Below the pieces are notes generated by a model. It worked only from the letters and a program-made list of their open reading frames with translations, did not search any database and was not told the DNA's origin. Shown here piece by piece: positions 10,266 through 19,957 of a stretch of 64,000 bases of DNA (position 1 is the first letter of the stretch; every line of letters begins with the position of its first letter). Source of the stretch: Candidatus Helarchaeota archaeon (GTDB lineage Archaea > Asgardarchaeota > Lokiarchaeia > Helarchaeales > RDOG01); contig JAHPZH010000005.1 in assembly GCA_019058315.1 (NCBI GenBank), positions 32,001-96,000 of the forward strand, in the 5' to 3' direction. Made by a program: the position numbers and the translations under genes.

Positions 10266-10853
10266 ATGCTTGATAATAAAAATAAAAAAATCATAAATTT
10301 TCTACAAGAAAATGGCCGAAAATCTTTAAATGAGATAGGTAAACAACAAAATTTATCTCATACTAGCATTCAAAAACGGTTAAATAAATTAATATCTTCA
10401 AATTTAGTAAAAATTTCAGCAGTTCTGAATCTAAATGAACTTGAATTTTCATTTGCGGTTATAATAGCTGAAATAGAAGGTCATGATAATTTAACAAAGA
10501 TTATTGACACTTTTAAAAATTGTCCCCGAATTCTTTTTCTCAGTCCTATGATGGGGGGTCACAATTTAATTTCTATAATGGCATGTGAAGATGCTAGCTC
10601 TATGAACCAAATTATTAATGTATGCTCATTCCGGAACCATCCAGCAGTTAGAAGATCAGAAGTATATATATGCGATAGTCCGATTATACCACAATTTTTC
10701 AATTATCCAATTATTATTGAACATAAGGAGAAACAATCTCCATGTGGTATCACATGTTTGGAGTGTGAGAAATTTCAAAATGCGAAGTGTGTAGGATGTC
10801 CAGGGACGATACATTATAAATTTAACCAGAATAAGGGCAAATCAAAAAAATAA
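10266..10853 (+). CDS. Lrp/AsnC family transcriptional regulator with C-terminal Cys-rich extension
   Basis: LQENGRKSLNEIGK..NLSHTSIQKRLNKL HTH, RAM domain, then C-term PCGITCLECEKFQNAKCVGCP. Confidence 0.9.
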   Translation: MLDNKNKKIINFLQENGRKSLNEIGKQQNLSHTSIQKRLNKLISSNLVKISAVLNLNELEFSFAVIIAEIEGHDNLTKIIDTFKNCPRILFLSPMMGGHNLISIMACEDASSMNQIINVCSFRNHPAVRRSEVYICDSPIIPQFFNYPIIIEHKEKQSPCGITCLECEKFQNAKCVGCPGTIHYKFNQNKGKSKK

Positions 10854-11012
10854 TACGTTTTAAAACTCTTAACGAGAAGTTTTTAATAAGACTAGAAAAT
10901 AAATTTAAATTTTTTATGTTTTTTTTTGGAATTATAATTATTTAAAATTCAAATTTCTATTAGTTATTAAATTTCAATTGTATTTTGAAAATTAAATATA
11001 GGAGTTAACTGA

Positions 11013-11828
11013 GTGACTGAAGATCTTACAGAGAAAATTAAAACAGTTGCTAAGTGGATCGTTGAATCTAAATATGCCATTGTATTAAGTGGAGCAGGTA
11101 TGTCTACGGAGAGTGGTATCCCAGATTTTAGGGGGCCAGAGGGTGTTTGGACTAAATTAGGAGATGATCCAATGGATGTATCTTCTATTGCAGCTTTTGA
11201 AGATATGGCAAGCAGCAAAACACCCGATCCTAGAATGCAAGAAATGCTTATGGGAATCGTCCAAAAATTAATAACCGCTAGACCAAATAAAGGACACAAA
11301 GTTGTAGGAAAGCTATATAAAAAGGGTTATGTAAAGGCTGTTATTACACAAAATATAGATAATCTACATCAGCGAGGTGGTGCTAAGGAAGTTATTGAGG
11401 TTCATGGAACCTATAAAACTGCAACTTGTATGACATGTGGGAATAAATATAAATTCGAGCAATTATTACAAATGGTTCTACAGGATGGTATGTTTCCTCC
11501 TTTATGCGAAAAAACTCAATGTGGTGGGTTTATCAAACCTGATGTGGTATTTTTTGGTGAAATGTTACCGCCAATGGCTCTTAGAAAATCTATGCATTAT
11601 GCAGAAACTACGGATTTAATGCTGATACTTGGTTCAAGCCTTGTAGTTTATCCCGCAGCTAATCTTCCAAATATCGCAAAAAGTAATGGAGCTAAAATTG
11701 TAATAATTAATGATGAAGAAACTCCAAAAGATAATATTGCAGATATAATAATTAGAGGTAGACTTGGCGAAGTTCTACCAAAAATACTTGAAGAAGTTGA
11801 ATTATTAGAGCAAAAAAAAGGGAGTTAA
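11013..11828 (+). CDS. cobB: NAD-dependent protein deacylase, Sir2 family
   Basis: GAGMSTESGIPDFRG, TQNIDNLH, HG..C..C...C....C Zn site, KPDVVFFGE, GSSLVVYPAA. Confidence 0.95.
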   Translation: MTEDLTEKIKTVAKWIVESKYAIVLSGAGMSTESGIPDFRGPEGVWTKLGDDPMDVSSIAAFEDMASSKTPDPRMQEMLMGIVQKLITARPNKGHKVVGKLYKKGYVKAVITQNIDNLHQRGGAKEVIEVHGTYKTATCMTCGNKYKFEQLLQMVLQDGMFPPLCEKTQCGGFIKPDVVFFGEMLPPMALRKSMHYAETTDLMLILGSSLVVYPAANLPNIAKSNGAKIVIINDEETPKDNIADIIIRGRLGEVLPKILEEVELLEQKKGS

Positions 11829-12406
11829 GAACGTTCATCTGCAACAATTTTCTTAAATTTTAAATTAAGCTCATGTTTTTCATAACTTTGAGAAACTATT
11901 TCAGCTAGATTCTTATCTATTTCCTTGGTTTTATAATCAATTTTACTTTTTTCCGGATCCCACCAATTTACTGAGTCAAATGATGCTTGTGGAAATAGCG
12001 AAAGTAAACTGGGATCAAAAGTTGGATCTACAATTTTCCATTCACCATTTAAATAGATTTCTGTTGCACAATGGCTTATATCCGAAAGTTCAATCTCTTT
12101 ATTAGCTAATAAATAGGCATTCACAAGAATATATCTTGCAGGAATACCAGCTGCCCTACATAAAGCAATAAACAAACTTGATTTGTCAACACATGCCCCA
12201 GTTTTTCTTTTAAGCAGTTTTATAGCTCCTACAATTGGATCTAATTCATATCGAATATTATCTCTTACCCATTTGAAAATTTTTTCCGCAATTTTTTTCT
12301 TTTCAGTTTCATTTCCGATTATTTCTTTTAGCTTTTGCATAATTTCGGGGCTATCAGATTCACAACCATATGTTGCACGAAGAAATTTAGCTTTTTTCTT
12401 TTCCAT
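11825..12406 (-). CDS. Transglutaminase-like domain protein
   Basis: GACVDKSSLFIALCRAAGIPAR (Cys), HCATEIY (His), WKIVDPT (Asp) catalytic triad. Confidence 0.92.
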   Translation of the reverse strand: MEKKKAKFLRATYGCESDSPEIMQKLKEIIGNETEKKKIAEKIFKWVRDNIRYELDPIVGAIKLLKRKTGACVDKSSLFIALCRAAGIPARYILVNAYLLANKEIELSDISHCATEIYLNGEWKIVDPTFDPSLLSLFPQASFDSVNWWDPEKSKIDYKTKEIDKNLAEIVSQSYEKHELNLKFKKIVADERS

Positions 12407-12518
12407 TTGCCTTATTCTCCAAAAAATTAAATAAAAATCTTAGATTAATTGATCAAAAAATAAATTCTAATTTTCATATTTAAATCCAAAGATTTTTAAT
12501 TAGCATTCAAATAGATTT

Positions 12519-13007
12519 TTATCCGTAAAATGCTGGTTTCTTCGCTTGATATGGTTCTGACGGTTTTAATCCACAAATCCTATTTAATATTATTAATATT
12601 TTTTGGAAAGTGTGAGAAATTTCACGGATAGAGTTAAAAAAACTATTTTGAGTAAGACCATCTACAAATATTCGGTCAACTAAGACATACTGAGGATTTT
12701 TTTGGTCAAAAGCTAAATCTAAAGGTCTCTCAAACACATATTCCAGAACTTGCTCCTTGAATTTCATAAGATTTGTTCCTTTTTGTAATTGGGCCCAATG
12801 CGGGGGAGCAATTTGGGTTTTACAACTAATAACAATAAATGGTTTGTCGTTTGGTTTTGCTATCTGGAGACCGAGTTTTGTAGGTAATCGCACTGAAATT
12901 ATGAATTCATGAGCTGGTTCTTTAATTTTTTTATCAAAAATGCCCTCCTCTTTACACCACTGAGATATTTTTTTATATAAATCAATTTTTTCATCATTTT
13001 TTGGCAA
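12519..13007 (-). CDS. DUF2299-like archaeal protein
   Basis: KISQWCKEEG...RIFVDGLTQNSFFNSIREI pattern. Confidence 0.65.
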   Translation of the reverse strand: MPKNDEKIDLYKKISQWCKEEGIFDKKIKEPAHEFIISVRLPTKLGLQIAKPNDKPFIVISCKTQIAPPHWAQLQKGTNLMKFKEQVLEYVFERPLDLAFDQKNPQYVLVDRIFVDGLTQNSFFNSIREISHTFQKILIILNRICGLKPSEPYQAKKPAFYG

Positions 13008-13105
13008 AAAACGCCCTCATTTTAAATTTTCTTAATAAAATTATAAAATATAAGTTGTTTTATTCTATAGTCTTATTTTTATTTTACTGTTTAAATAAAG
13101 ACTAC

Positions 13106-13876
13106 TTAAATTTCTATTTTTAATCCTGACCCATTTTTTATGTATAGATCTTGAAAGGCTTTACTTATCATTATTTTAGATGTATTTCCTGTACAATGGC
13201 AAGGTGATACTAATTGGATATTAATTTTTTTAAAATATCTAATTAATTCCTCAGTTTTTGATTTGTTATTAATATGGAAACCACCTATAACTCCGTATAC
13301 CTTTGGAATTTTACTAACATCTCTACAAAATTCAATAATTTTTATTACTCCTGGATGAGCACAGCCTAAAACTATGAATAATCCTTTATCCTTTATATTA
13401 AAGACTAGAGATTGCTCTTGAATTCCATTATTAAGTGTACCTGTTGAAAAAACACCCTCAAATATCATTTCTGGCTTTGCAAGTGTTTCAATATTAAAAC
13501 CTAGTTCTTGAATTTGTTTACAAGTTTTTGCATTTCCAATTGGAACATATAACATTGCGGATTTTGAAATAGATGATAAAACATAATTTAAACATCCACA
13601 ATGGTCACTATGCCAATGTGATATATGAATAGCCTTTAATTTTGTAAAATCAAGTTTAAGTTTAGACAGATTTTGGGAAAAATCATAGAGTGAACCACTA
13701 CAATCCATTAAAATTGATTTTTCTGGGTTCTTATCAATCTCTATATAAAAAGATAGCCCCCAAGTAGTTTCTAGATCATCATTAATAAAGTCATTATCAA
13801 TCACAGTTAATACGGATAGGGATTCGATTTCCCCAATATTATCGATTTTTTGAGAAAACTGATCTAGATTACTCAT
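13106..13876 (-). CDS. MBL-fold metallo-hydrolase
   Basis: WGLSFYIE, ISHWHSDHCG (HxHxDH), EQSL, GCAHPG, IGGFH, PCHCTG. Confidence 0.9.
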   Translation of the reverse strand: MSNLDQFSQKIDNIGEIESLSVLTVIDNDFINDDLETTWGLSFYIEIDKNPEKSILMDCSGSLYDFSQNLSKLKLDFTKLKAIHISHWHSDHCGCLNYVLSSISKSAMLYVPIGNAKTCKQIQELGFNIETLAKPEMIFEGVFSTGTLNNGIQEQSLVFNIKDKGLFIVLGCAHPGVIKIIEFCRDVSKIPKVYGVIGGFHINNKSKTEELIRYFKKINIQLVSPCHCTGNTSKIMISKAFQDLYIKNGSGLKIEI

Positions 13877-14094
13877 TGAATAATTATTTCCATAATTTTT
13901 TTTTAAAATTTACGAAACTATCAAAATTTTAGGTATTAGGTTACTATTTGCAACCATTTTGTTTTAAATAAGAAAATTCTTAGTCTTTGAAAATATTTCT
14001 TAGGTATAAAAGACACCTTTATTAAGCATTTTTTTGTCTTTAATAAGTTATAAAGTAAATATAATGAAAACAATATCAATTTTGTGTGAAGATA

Positions 14095-15786
14095 ATGGCG
14101 TATATTAAAGAAACCGCTTCAGTTTGTCCAGAATGCTTACAGCAAATTAATGCTACGATATATGAAGACGAAAAGGATAATAATATTTACATGAAAAAGA
14201 CTTGTCCTGAGCATGGGGAATTCAAGGACATCATTGCTGGCAGTAAACATTATTATATTTGGAGACGGGGTTATCATCATGATTCTTTAGAGACACCTTT
14301 AGATCGTGAAACAGGTTTTGACAATGGACCATTTAGCCAATTTGGTGGAAAACAGGGGCTGAAAGGTTGTCCTTATGATTGTGGTTTGTGTGAGAACCAT
14401 AAATCGGCTTCATGTATTTGTTTAATAGATATAACTAATCGATGCAACCTCAAATGTCCTATATGTTTCGCAAACGCAGCTGTAACGGGTTACGTTGTTG
14501 AACCTACTTTGGAAGAGATTGAAACTATTATGGCACATTTCAGGGACACTAAACCTATGCCTCCCGCAGCTCTCCAAATTTCCGGTGGTGAGCCTACAAT
14601 TCGAAACGATTTACCTGAAATAGTACAAATGAGTAAGGACATGGGATTTGCTCATCGTATGGTTACTACTAACGGAATTAGATTCACGAACATTGACTAC
14701 TTACAAGAGATTATAGATGCTGGAATGAATGCTATGTATTGGCAATTTGATGGTGTAGAACGTGAAACTTGGATAAAAACTCGAGGGGTAGATTTATTAG
14801 ATAAAAAGATGAAAGTTATTGAAAATTGCCGTGAATTGGGATACAAAGACGTTGTTCTAGTTCCAACAGTAGCACGTGGAGTTAATGACCACGAAGTAGG
14901 AAATATAATGGATTTCGCTATTCAAAATAATGATGTCGTATCGTGTGTCGTATTTCAGCCAGTATCTCTTTGTGGACGAATTACACAACAAGAAGTTCTC
15001 AGAATGCGGTATAATTCGACTGATTTATTCGATGATATCAATAAACATTCTTCTCCTAATATGGATGCAAATATTTTTGGTACACGATTTTATCCAATTC
15101 CTACACTCTCACATTTCGTGAAATTAGTTACTTGGTTTGACGATGTCGAACCCTTTGAGATGACATCGCATGAAGATTGTGGATTTGCAACTATTGGAAT
15201 AGTCGAACGTCACAAAGATCCAAAGGATAATAAAATGAGAGCCATTGATGACTATTTCAATATTGATGCTGCTGTAGGAGATGCTGATAGATTGTGGACC
15301 TTTTTAAAAGATACAAGATTAGAGAATAAACAACCATTTTTCTCAAGGATTTTTGGAGCGATCTCTCCTACAATCGGGAAAGCTATAGGAGATGCGATGG
15401 ATAGTGCTGGACATTTCCTAATAAGAAAAGCGTTTAAATATGGGTTCTTAGTTAACACAATGCGACACCTTGAATTTAAAGATCCAAGAAATCTTTTAGA
15501 TACATTGCTTAAATTTTCGAGAATTGTCTTAAATCCTGGTTGGGATTCCGCTGCAGGTTTCCTAAATACAAATGCATTACTAGTATCATGTATGCACTTT
15601 CAAGACGCATTTAATATGAATGTTGAACGAACGTCTAGATGTTTGGTCCATTACGGCATCTACGACAGAGAGCGAAAGAAAGTTTTCCGAATCCCGTTTT
15701 GTACTATGAATACCTTACACAGGCCCATTATAGAAAAGAAAAATGCTGAATTACAACAACAGACAATGGAAGTCACATTAGAATAA
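14095..15786 (+). CDS. tes: Tetraether lipid synthase (Tes/GDGT-MAS, MJ0619-family radical SAM)
   Basis: N-term CPEC...CPEH rubredoxin-like site, GCPYDCGLCENH, TNRCNLKCPICFANA radical SAM motif, HEDCG, C-term CMHFQD.FN..ERTSRCLVHY..IPFCTMN. ATG at 14095 preferred over GTG 14086. Confidence 0.88.
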   Translation: MAYIKETASVCPECLQQINATIYEDEKDNNIYMKKTCPEHGEFKDIIAGSKHYYIWRRGYHHDSLETPLDRETGFDNGPFSQFGGKQGLKGCPYDCGLCENHKSASCICLIDITNRCNLKCPICFANAAVTGYVVEPTLEEIETIMAHFRDTKPMPPAALQISGGEPTIRNDLPEIVQMSKDMGFAHRMVTTNGIRFTNIDYLQEIIDAGMNAMYWQFDGVERETWIKTRGVDLLDKKMKVIENCRELGYKDVVLVPTVARGVNDHEVGNIMDFAIQNNDVVSCVVFQPVSLCGRITQQEVLRMRYNSTDLFDDINKHSSPNMDANIFGTRFYPIPTLSHFVKLVTWFDDVEPFEMTSHEDCGFATIGIVERHKDPKDNKMRAIDDYFNIDAAVGDADRLWTFLKDTRLENKQPFFSRIFGAISPTIGKAIGDAMDSAGHFLIRKAFKYGFLVNTMRHLEFKDPRNLLDTLLKFSRIVLNPGWDSAAGFLNTNALLVSCMHFQDAFNMNVERTSRCLVHYGIYDRERKKVFRIPFCTMNTLHRPIIEKKNAELQQQTMEVTLE

Positions 15787-15838
15787 TTTTTTCATTTAAT
15801 ACCCACTTTTTCCTTTTATTTAAAAGAAAAATTAATTT

Positions 15839-16504
15839 TTGAATTCTAAAATGATAGAGGACGACAAATTTAAAAAAAATAGTGAACTTTTAAAGGAATA
15901 TTGGATTTCAGAAATTGAGGACACATTAGAAAACATTAAAAATTATTTAAAACATTTTTTTTCTGGTGTTTGGGGTTGGTTATTCAATAAATTTGTTGTA
16001 TTTATTTTCGATTTTTTTCTTTCTCCCGAAGTTCGTGAAAAATCGATAACACAATTATCTCCGATACTAGAGGGAGCAAAAATATTAAATTCAAATAATT
16101 TGGACGATATAATTGAGCAATTTTTTGAAGAATTTAAAGAAAATGATTTAGGTTACATTCGCTGCAAACACAAACATAAAAAATTTCCCGAATTAGTTGA
16201 AAAAATGAGGCAAAATTTCATTACAAGGGTAACAGGTACTCATAAATTACTATTAGCAGATGGTAAATGTTATAGTGAATTGGTTAGAAATGCTTTCCAA
16301 AACAAAGAAGAAGCGATCAAAGTTATGGTGGAAACTTTAGATCTAGCAAAAGAATCCCTAGATTTTACTGTTGAAAATAAAATAATTAAAATTAGTCCAT
16401 TAATTAGAAGCCAAACAATTAGTGTACTTTATAAAGAAATTGACTATAAACGGAAAGTATTTCTCGATAAACTAGATCAAATTTTTTCTGGTGAAGATTT
16501 TTAA
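15839..16504 (+). CDS. Hypothetical alpha-helical protein
   Basis: 221-aa ORF with no recognisable motif. Confidence 0.65.
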   Translation: MNSKMIEDDKFKKNSELLKEYWISEIEDTLENIKNYLKHFFSGVWGWLFNKFVVFIFDFFLSPEVREKSITQLSPILEGAKILNSNNLDDIIEQFFEEFKENDLGYIRCKHKHKKFPELVEKMRQNFITRVTGTHKLLLADGKCYSELVRNAFQNKEEAIKVMVETLDLAKESLDFTVENKIIKISPLIRSQTISVLYKEIDYKRKVFLDKLDQIFSGEDF

Positions 16505-16983
16505 AATTGTATTATTGTGGGTAAAATTTTTTCTTTCGTAATATGGACTATACCCAATGATCTAGCAGTAAAAATACCAGAACCAGTTCCACTTCCAGGA
16601 TTAAGTAAAATTATTTTTCCTTTGTTACTAATTTTCTTTCTATGGGTATGACCATATATTGCTAGATTAACCTCATTTTCTTTTAATGGAATATGATTTA
16701 GTTTATGAGCCATCTTAATGGCATGTCCTAGAATTTCAAACTCCTCAAGCTGTTTGAATTTCTTTTTTACCTCATATTTATCCATATTTCCATGAACTAC
16801 GATAATTTTTTCCGCATTTGTATTCATTTCCAAATCATAAATTACTTTAAGAGTTACCAGATCTCCTGCAAAAAATATAAACTTGACATCTTCTAAATTA
16901 AAGGTTTCATAGAGTTTTTCAGGGATTTTTAAGGCTCGTGAAGGGACATGGGTATCTGCAATACATCCTATTTTGACTGACAT
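16501..16983 (-). CDS. YfcE/MJ0936/Vps29-family metallophosphoesterase
   Basis: DTH, AGD, HGNMD, YGHTH, NPGS motifs. Confidence 0.9.
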   Translation of the reverse strand: MSVKIGCIADTHVPSRALKIPEKLYETFNLEDVKFIFFAGDLVTLKVIYDLEMNTNAEKIIVVHGNMDKYEVKKKFKQLEEFEILGHAIKMAHKLNHIPLKENEVNLAIYGHTHRKKISNKGKIILLNPGSGTGSGIFTARSLGIVHITKEKILPTIIQF

Positions 16984-16986
16984 TCA

Positions 16987-17385
16987 TTAATCTTCCTTTC
17001 TACTTGATAACCTTTCCTCACGCTCTTTTTCTAACAATTTTATGAATTTTTTCACTTTTTTTGACTTGCTTTTTTTAATATATTTAATATTTTCGCGATT
17101 TAAACAATCTTTATCGATCACACATTCACCATTATCATATACAAAGGGATATAATCGACATCCTTGAGGTCTATACCTATGAATTGTGCATTTTTTATCT
17201 GGGGCATAATAAAAAATGCATTGATTATTATCATTCATTAAATAGAGAAAACCATCTTTCTCATAATAAAAATCAAATTCTGGATTTATTTTAGTAAAAA
17301 TTTTAAGAATATCTTGATTAGATAAATTCATCTCGGTATCAAGACAACAATTACCGCATTTAATACAATATCTCAAGAATTTCAC
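16987..17385 (-). CDS. YkgJ family cysteine-cluster protein
   Basis: CIKCGNCC...CIFY...CTIHRYRPQGCRLYPF. Confidence 0.92.
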   Translation of the reverse strand: MKFLRYCIKCGNCCLDTEMNLSNQDILKIFTKINPEFDFYYEKDGFLYLMNDNNQCIFYYAPDKKCTIHRYRPQGCRLYPFVYDNGECVIDKDCLNRENIKYIKKSKSKKVKKFIKLLEKEREERLSSRKED

Positions 17386-17539
17386 TCATTTAAGATGATT
17401 ATAACTTTATAAAATTTATATTTTCCTTTATTTAGATTTATTTCAAATGTTCCTTAATTTTTAAGAAGAATTTAAAAAATTTGGATTACAATTTTAAATT
17501 CTTCAACAATAAAAGTTATAATAAATTAAAAAATAAAAG

Positions 17540-18022
17540 GTGGGCTTTTTAAAATTGGTAAAGTTTCCATCTCCTGAGTATTGTGAAATATATAAAAAAT
17601 TGATAAATGAATCAGAGGAATACGAAAAAGCTGCAGCCACATGGGAAGGTGACCTCATGTTCATTATAGAAGGCGAAGGCGATCTATTGGAAGATGGTGA
17701 GAAATTTATTCTATATTTAGACCTTTGGCATGGAAAATGCAGAGACGTTAAATTGATGTTAGAAGAGGATGAAAAACCAGACGTAGCATTTAAAATACGC
17801 GGAGGCGAATCAGTTTGGAGAAAAATATCAGAAGAAGGTGGCAATGCAATAAATATGATAATGACCAACGAATTGCAAGCCGAAGGTGATATGAACAAAT
17901 TAATGAGAGCAACAAAACCCGCATTACTTTTAGCTAAAATACAACAATCTATCGATATAGAATATTTAACTCCAGAAGAAGCAGACGAATTAAGGGCTGA
18001 AATAGAAAAACAAAAAAGCTAA
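17540..18022 (+). CDS. SCP2 sterol/lipid-binding domain protein
   Basis: FPSPEYC..INESEEYEKAAATWEGD...YLDLWHGKC...ELQAEGDMNKLMR, the archaeal SCP2 pattern. Confidence 0.88.
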   Translation: MGFLKLVKFPSPEYCEIYKKLINESEEYEKAAATWEGDLMFIIEGEGDLLEDGEKFILYLDLWHGKCRDVKLMLEEDEKPDVAFKIRGGESVWRKISEEGGNAINMIMTNELQAEGDMNKLMRATKPALLLAKIQQSIDIEYLTPEEADELRAEIEKQKS

Positions 18023-18023
18023 C

Positions 18024-18045
18024 TATTTTTTCTCTTTTTATTTAA
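18024..18045 (+). terminator. Oligo-T archaeal terminator candidate
   Basis: T-rich tract (tattttttctctttttattt) immediately after the stop codon. Confidence 0.4.
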
Positions 18046-18196
18046 AATTGGAAAATAACTAGATACTATTTTAGAAAATTTCGAGTATCTAATTATCATC
18101 TCTAATCTTTCTCCATTGATTAATTGGATAATTTAAATAGGATCCAATTTTAATATATTCAGATTTATCGAACAAAAAAATCTTAGGAGTTAAATT

Positions 18197-19822
18197 ATGA
18201 TAAAAGCTAAATACTCAATAATTTTAATGCTGACAATCTTTATTATGATATATTCTGGATATTTAACGGCAAATCAAATAGGAAATATAGGATCCTTCGA
18301 AATTCGGAAAGTTAATGATGATATAATTTCATCCCGTCAAATATATACGGAATGGGTTGGCAATGGATCTGCCATTTGTACAGAAATCGACACACAATGG
18401 TATCAAGAGCTCTGCAGCGATCTTGATGGAGGAGCAATTATCACGTGGACCGATGAGAGAAAGGGCACCGATGATGATGTTTATGCTCAAAGAATTGATT
18501 CAAATGGAAATATTAGATGGTTAAAAAATGGTACTCCTATATCTACTGAAACCAATAATCAAAGATTTTCTAAAATATGTAGTGATACTGAAGGTGGTGC
18601 AATCATCACTTGGGTTGATTTTAGAGGACCCGATGCAGATATATATGCACAAAGAATCAATTCAAGTGGAATTACTCTATGGAAAGCTAATGGAACACCG
18701 ATATCCACAGAAACCGGTTCTCAAGCTGCTCCTGAAATTACTATAGATGAATATGGAAATTCAATCATTGTTTGGCATGATTTTAGAGGATCAGATTGGG
18801 ATATTTATGCACAACGGCTTGATATTTATGGAAATGTTTTATGGGATTTAAATGGAACTCCAATATGCACTTACGGCGGTGATCAATTTTATCCTAAAAT
18901 TTGTCCTGATGGAGAGGGTGGTGCAATAATTATTTGGAGAGATGAAAGAACTGTAGCGTCTAGTGATATTTATGCACAGAGAATTAATTCAACTGGAAAT
19001 ATATTATGGTCACCGAATGGTACAGTAATTTCTAACGAAAATGGAGAACAACATGAACCTCAGATTTGTAGTGATGGATTAAATGGTGCAATTATAACTT
19101 GGGAAGATGATAGAGCATCAAATTGGGATATATATGTGCAAAGGATCAATTCAAGTGGTAATACTTTATTGTCCAACAACGGAACACCAGTATGTACAGA
19201 CGATGATCAACAACGAAATCCAAAACTTTGTGGGGATGGTGCTGGAGGAACAATAATAACTTGGCAGGATGATAGAAATAGTCCGGGTGTCGAAGAAATT
19301 TATGCTCAAAGAATGGATTCAGAAGGAAATTTTACATGGATTGCTAATGGAACACGAATCATTTATGCAAATCAAGAACAAATTTTACCCGAAATATGTA
19401 GCGATGGAGCTGGTGGTGCTTATATAACATGGAACGATTATAGAAGAGTCGGTATATCAGATGTATATATGCAATGGATCGACTCAAATGGTGTAATTAA
19501 ATTGACACCATTCGGTATGCCAATAAGCGTGCAATTTAGTAGTCAACTCAATCCTAAAATTTGTTGCGATGATAATGGCGGCGCAATCATCACATGGTAT
19601 GATATGAGAAACATTGCAACCACAGGTTATGATATATACACTCAGAAAATAACAAATACCACCACTATGGAAGAAGAGCCTGAGTTAGACCCCTTATTAT
19701 TGCTTTTAATGTCCATTCCACAACCCAAGATTCTAGATTTATTCTCTAATCCCTTGATATTAAGTGCAATTTATGGAACAGTGATTATTATTTTAATAAT
19801 AGCCTTAATTAAAAAGAAATAA
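18197..19822 (+). CDS. Secreted, membrane-anchored beta-propeller repeat protein
   Basis: Signal peptide; about 7 repeats of ~62 aa (ICSDGxGGAIITWxDxR...DIYAQRINSxG...WxxNGTPIC); C-terminal TM + KKK. Confidence 0.85.
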   Translation: MIKAKYSIILMLTIFIMIYSGYLTANQIGNIGSFEIRKVNDDIISSRQIYTEWVGNGSAICTEIDTQWYQELCSDLDGGAIITWTDERKGTDDDVYAQRIDSNGNIRWLKNGTPISTETNNQRFSKICSDTEGGAIITWVDFRGPDADIYAQRINSSGITLWKANGTPISTETGSQAAPEITIDEYGNSIIVWHDFRGSDWDIYAQRLDIYGNVLWDLNGTPICTYGGDQFYPKICPDGEGGAIIIWRDERTVASSDIYAQRINSTGNILWSPNGTVISNENGEQHEPQICSDGLNGAIITWEDDRASNWDIYVQRINSSGNTLLSNNGTPVCTDDDQQRNPKLCGDGAGGTIITWQDDRNSPGVEEIYAQRMDSEGNFTWIANGTRIIYANQEQILPEICSDGAGGAYITWNDYRRVGISDVYMQWIDSNGVIKLTPFGMPISVQFSSQLNPKICCDDNGGAIITWYDMRNIATTGYDIYTQKITNTTTMEEEPELDPLLLLLMSIPQPKILDLFSNPLILSAIYGTVIIILIIALIKKK

Positions 19823-19957
19823 TAATTTGCTTTCCTTTCACTTTTTTTTATTTGAGTAAGAATATTAAAATAATTACATTCCTTTTTTTAGAATATAAAA
19901 GATTTATAGTTTTTAACAGATTATATAAGTGATTCATCTAAAATTAAGGGACTAAAT

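Noticed and set aside
11013-11828. Sir2 as an anti-phage NADase (Thoeris/DSR-type)
   Set aside because: It has the full classical sirtuin motif set with Zn site and no defence partner genes.
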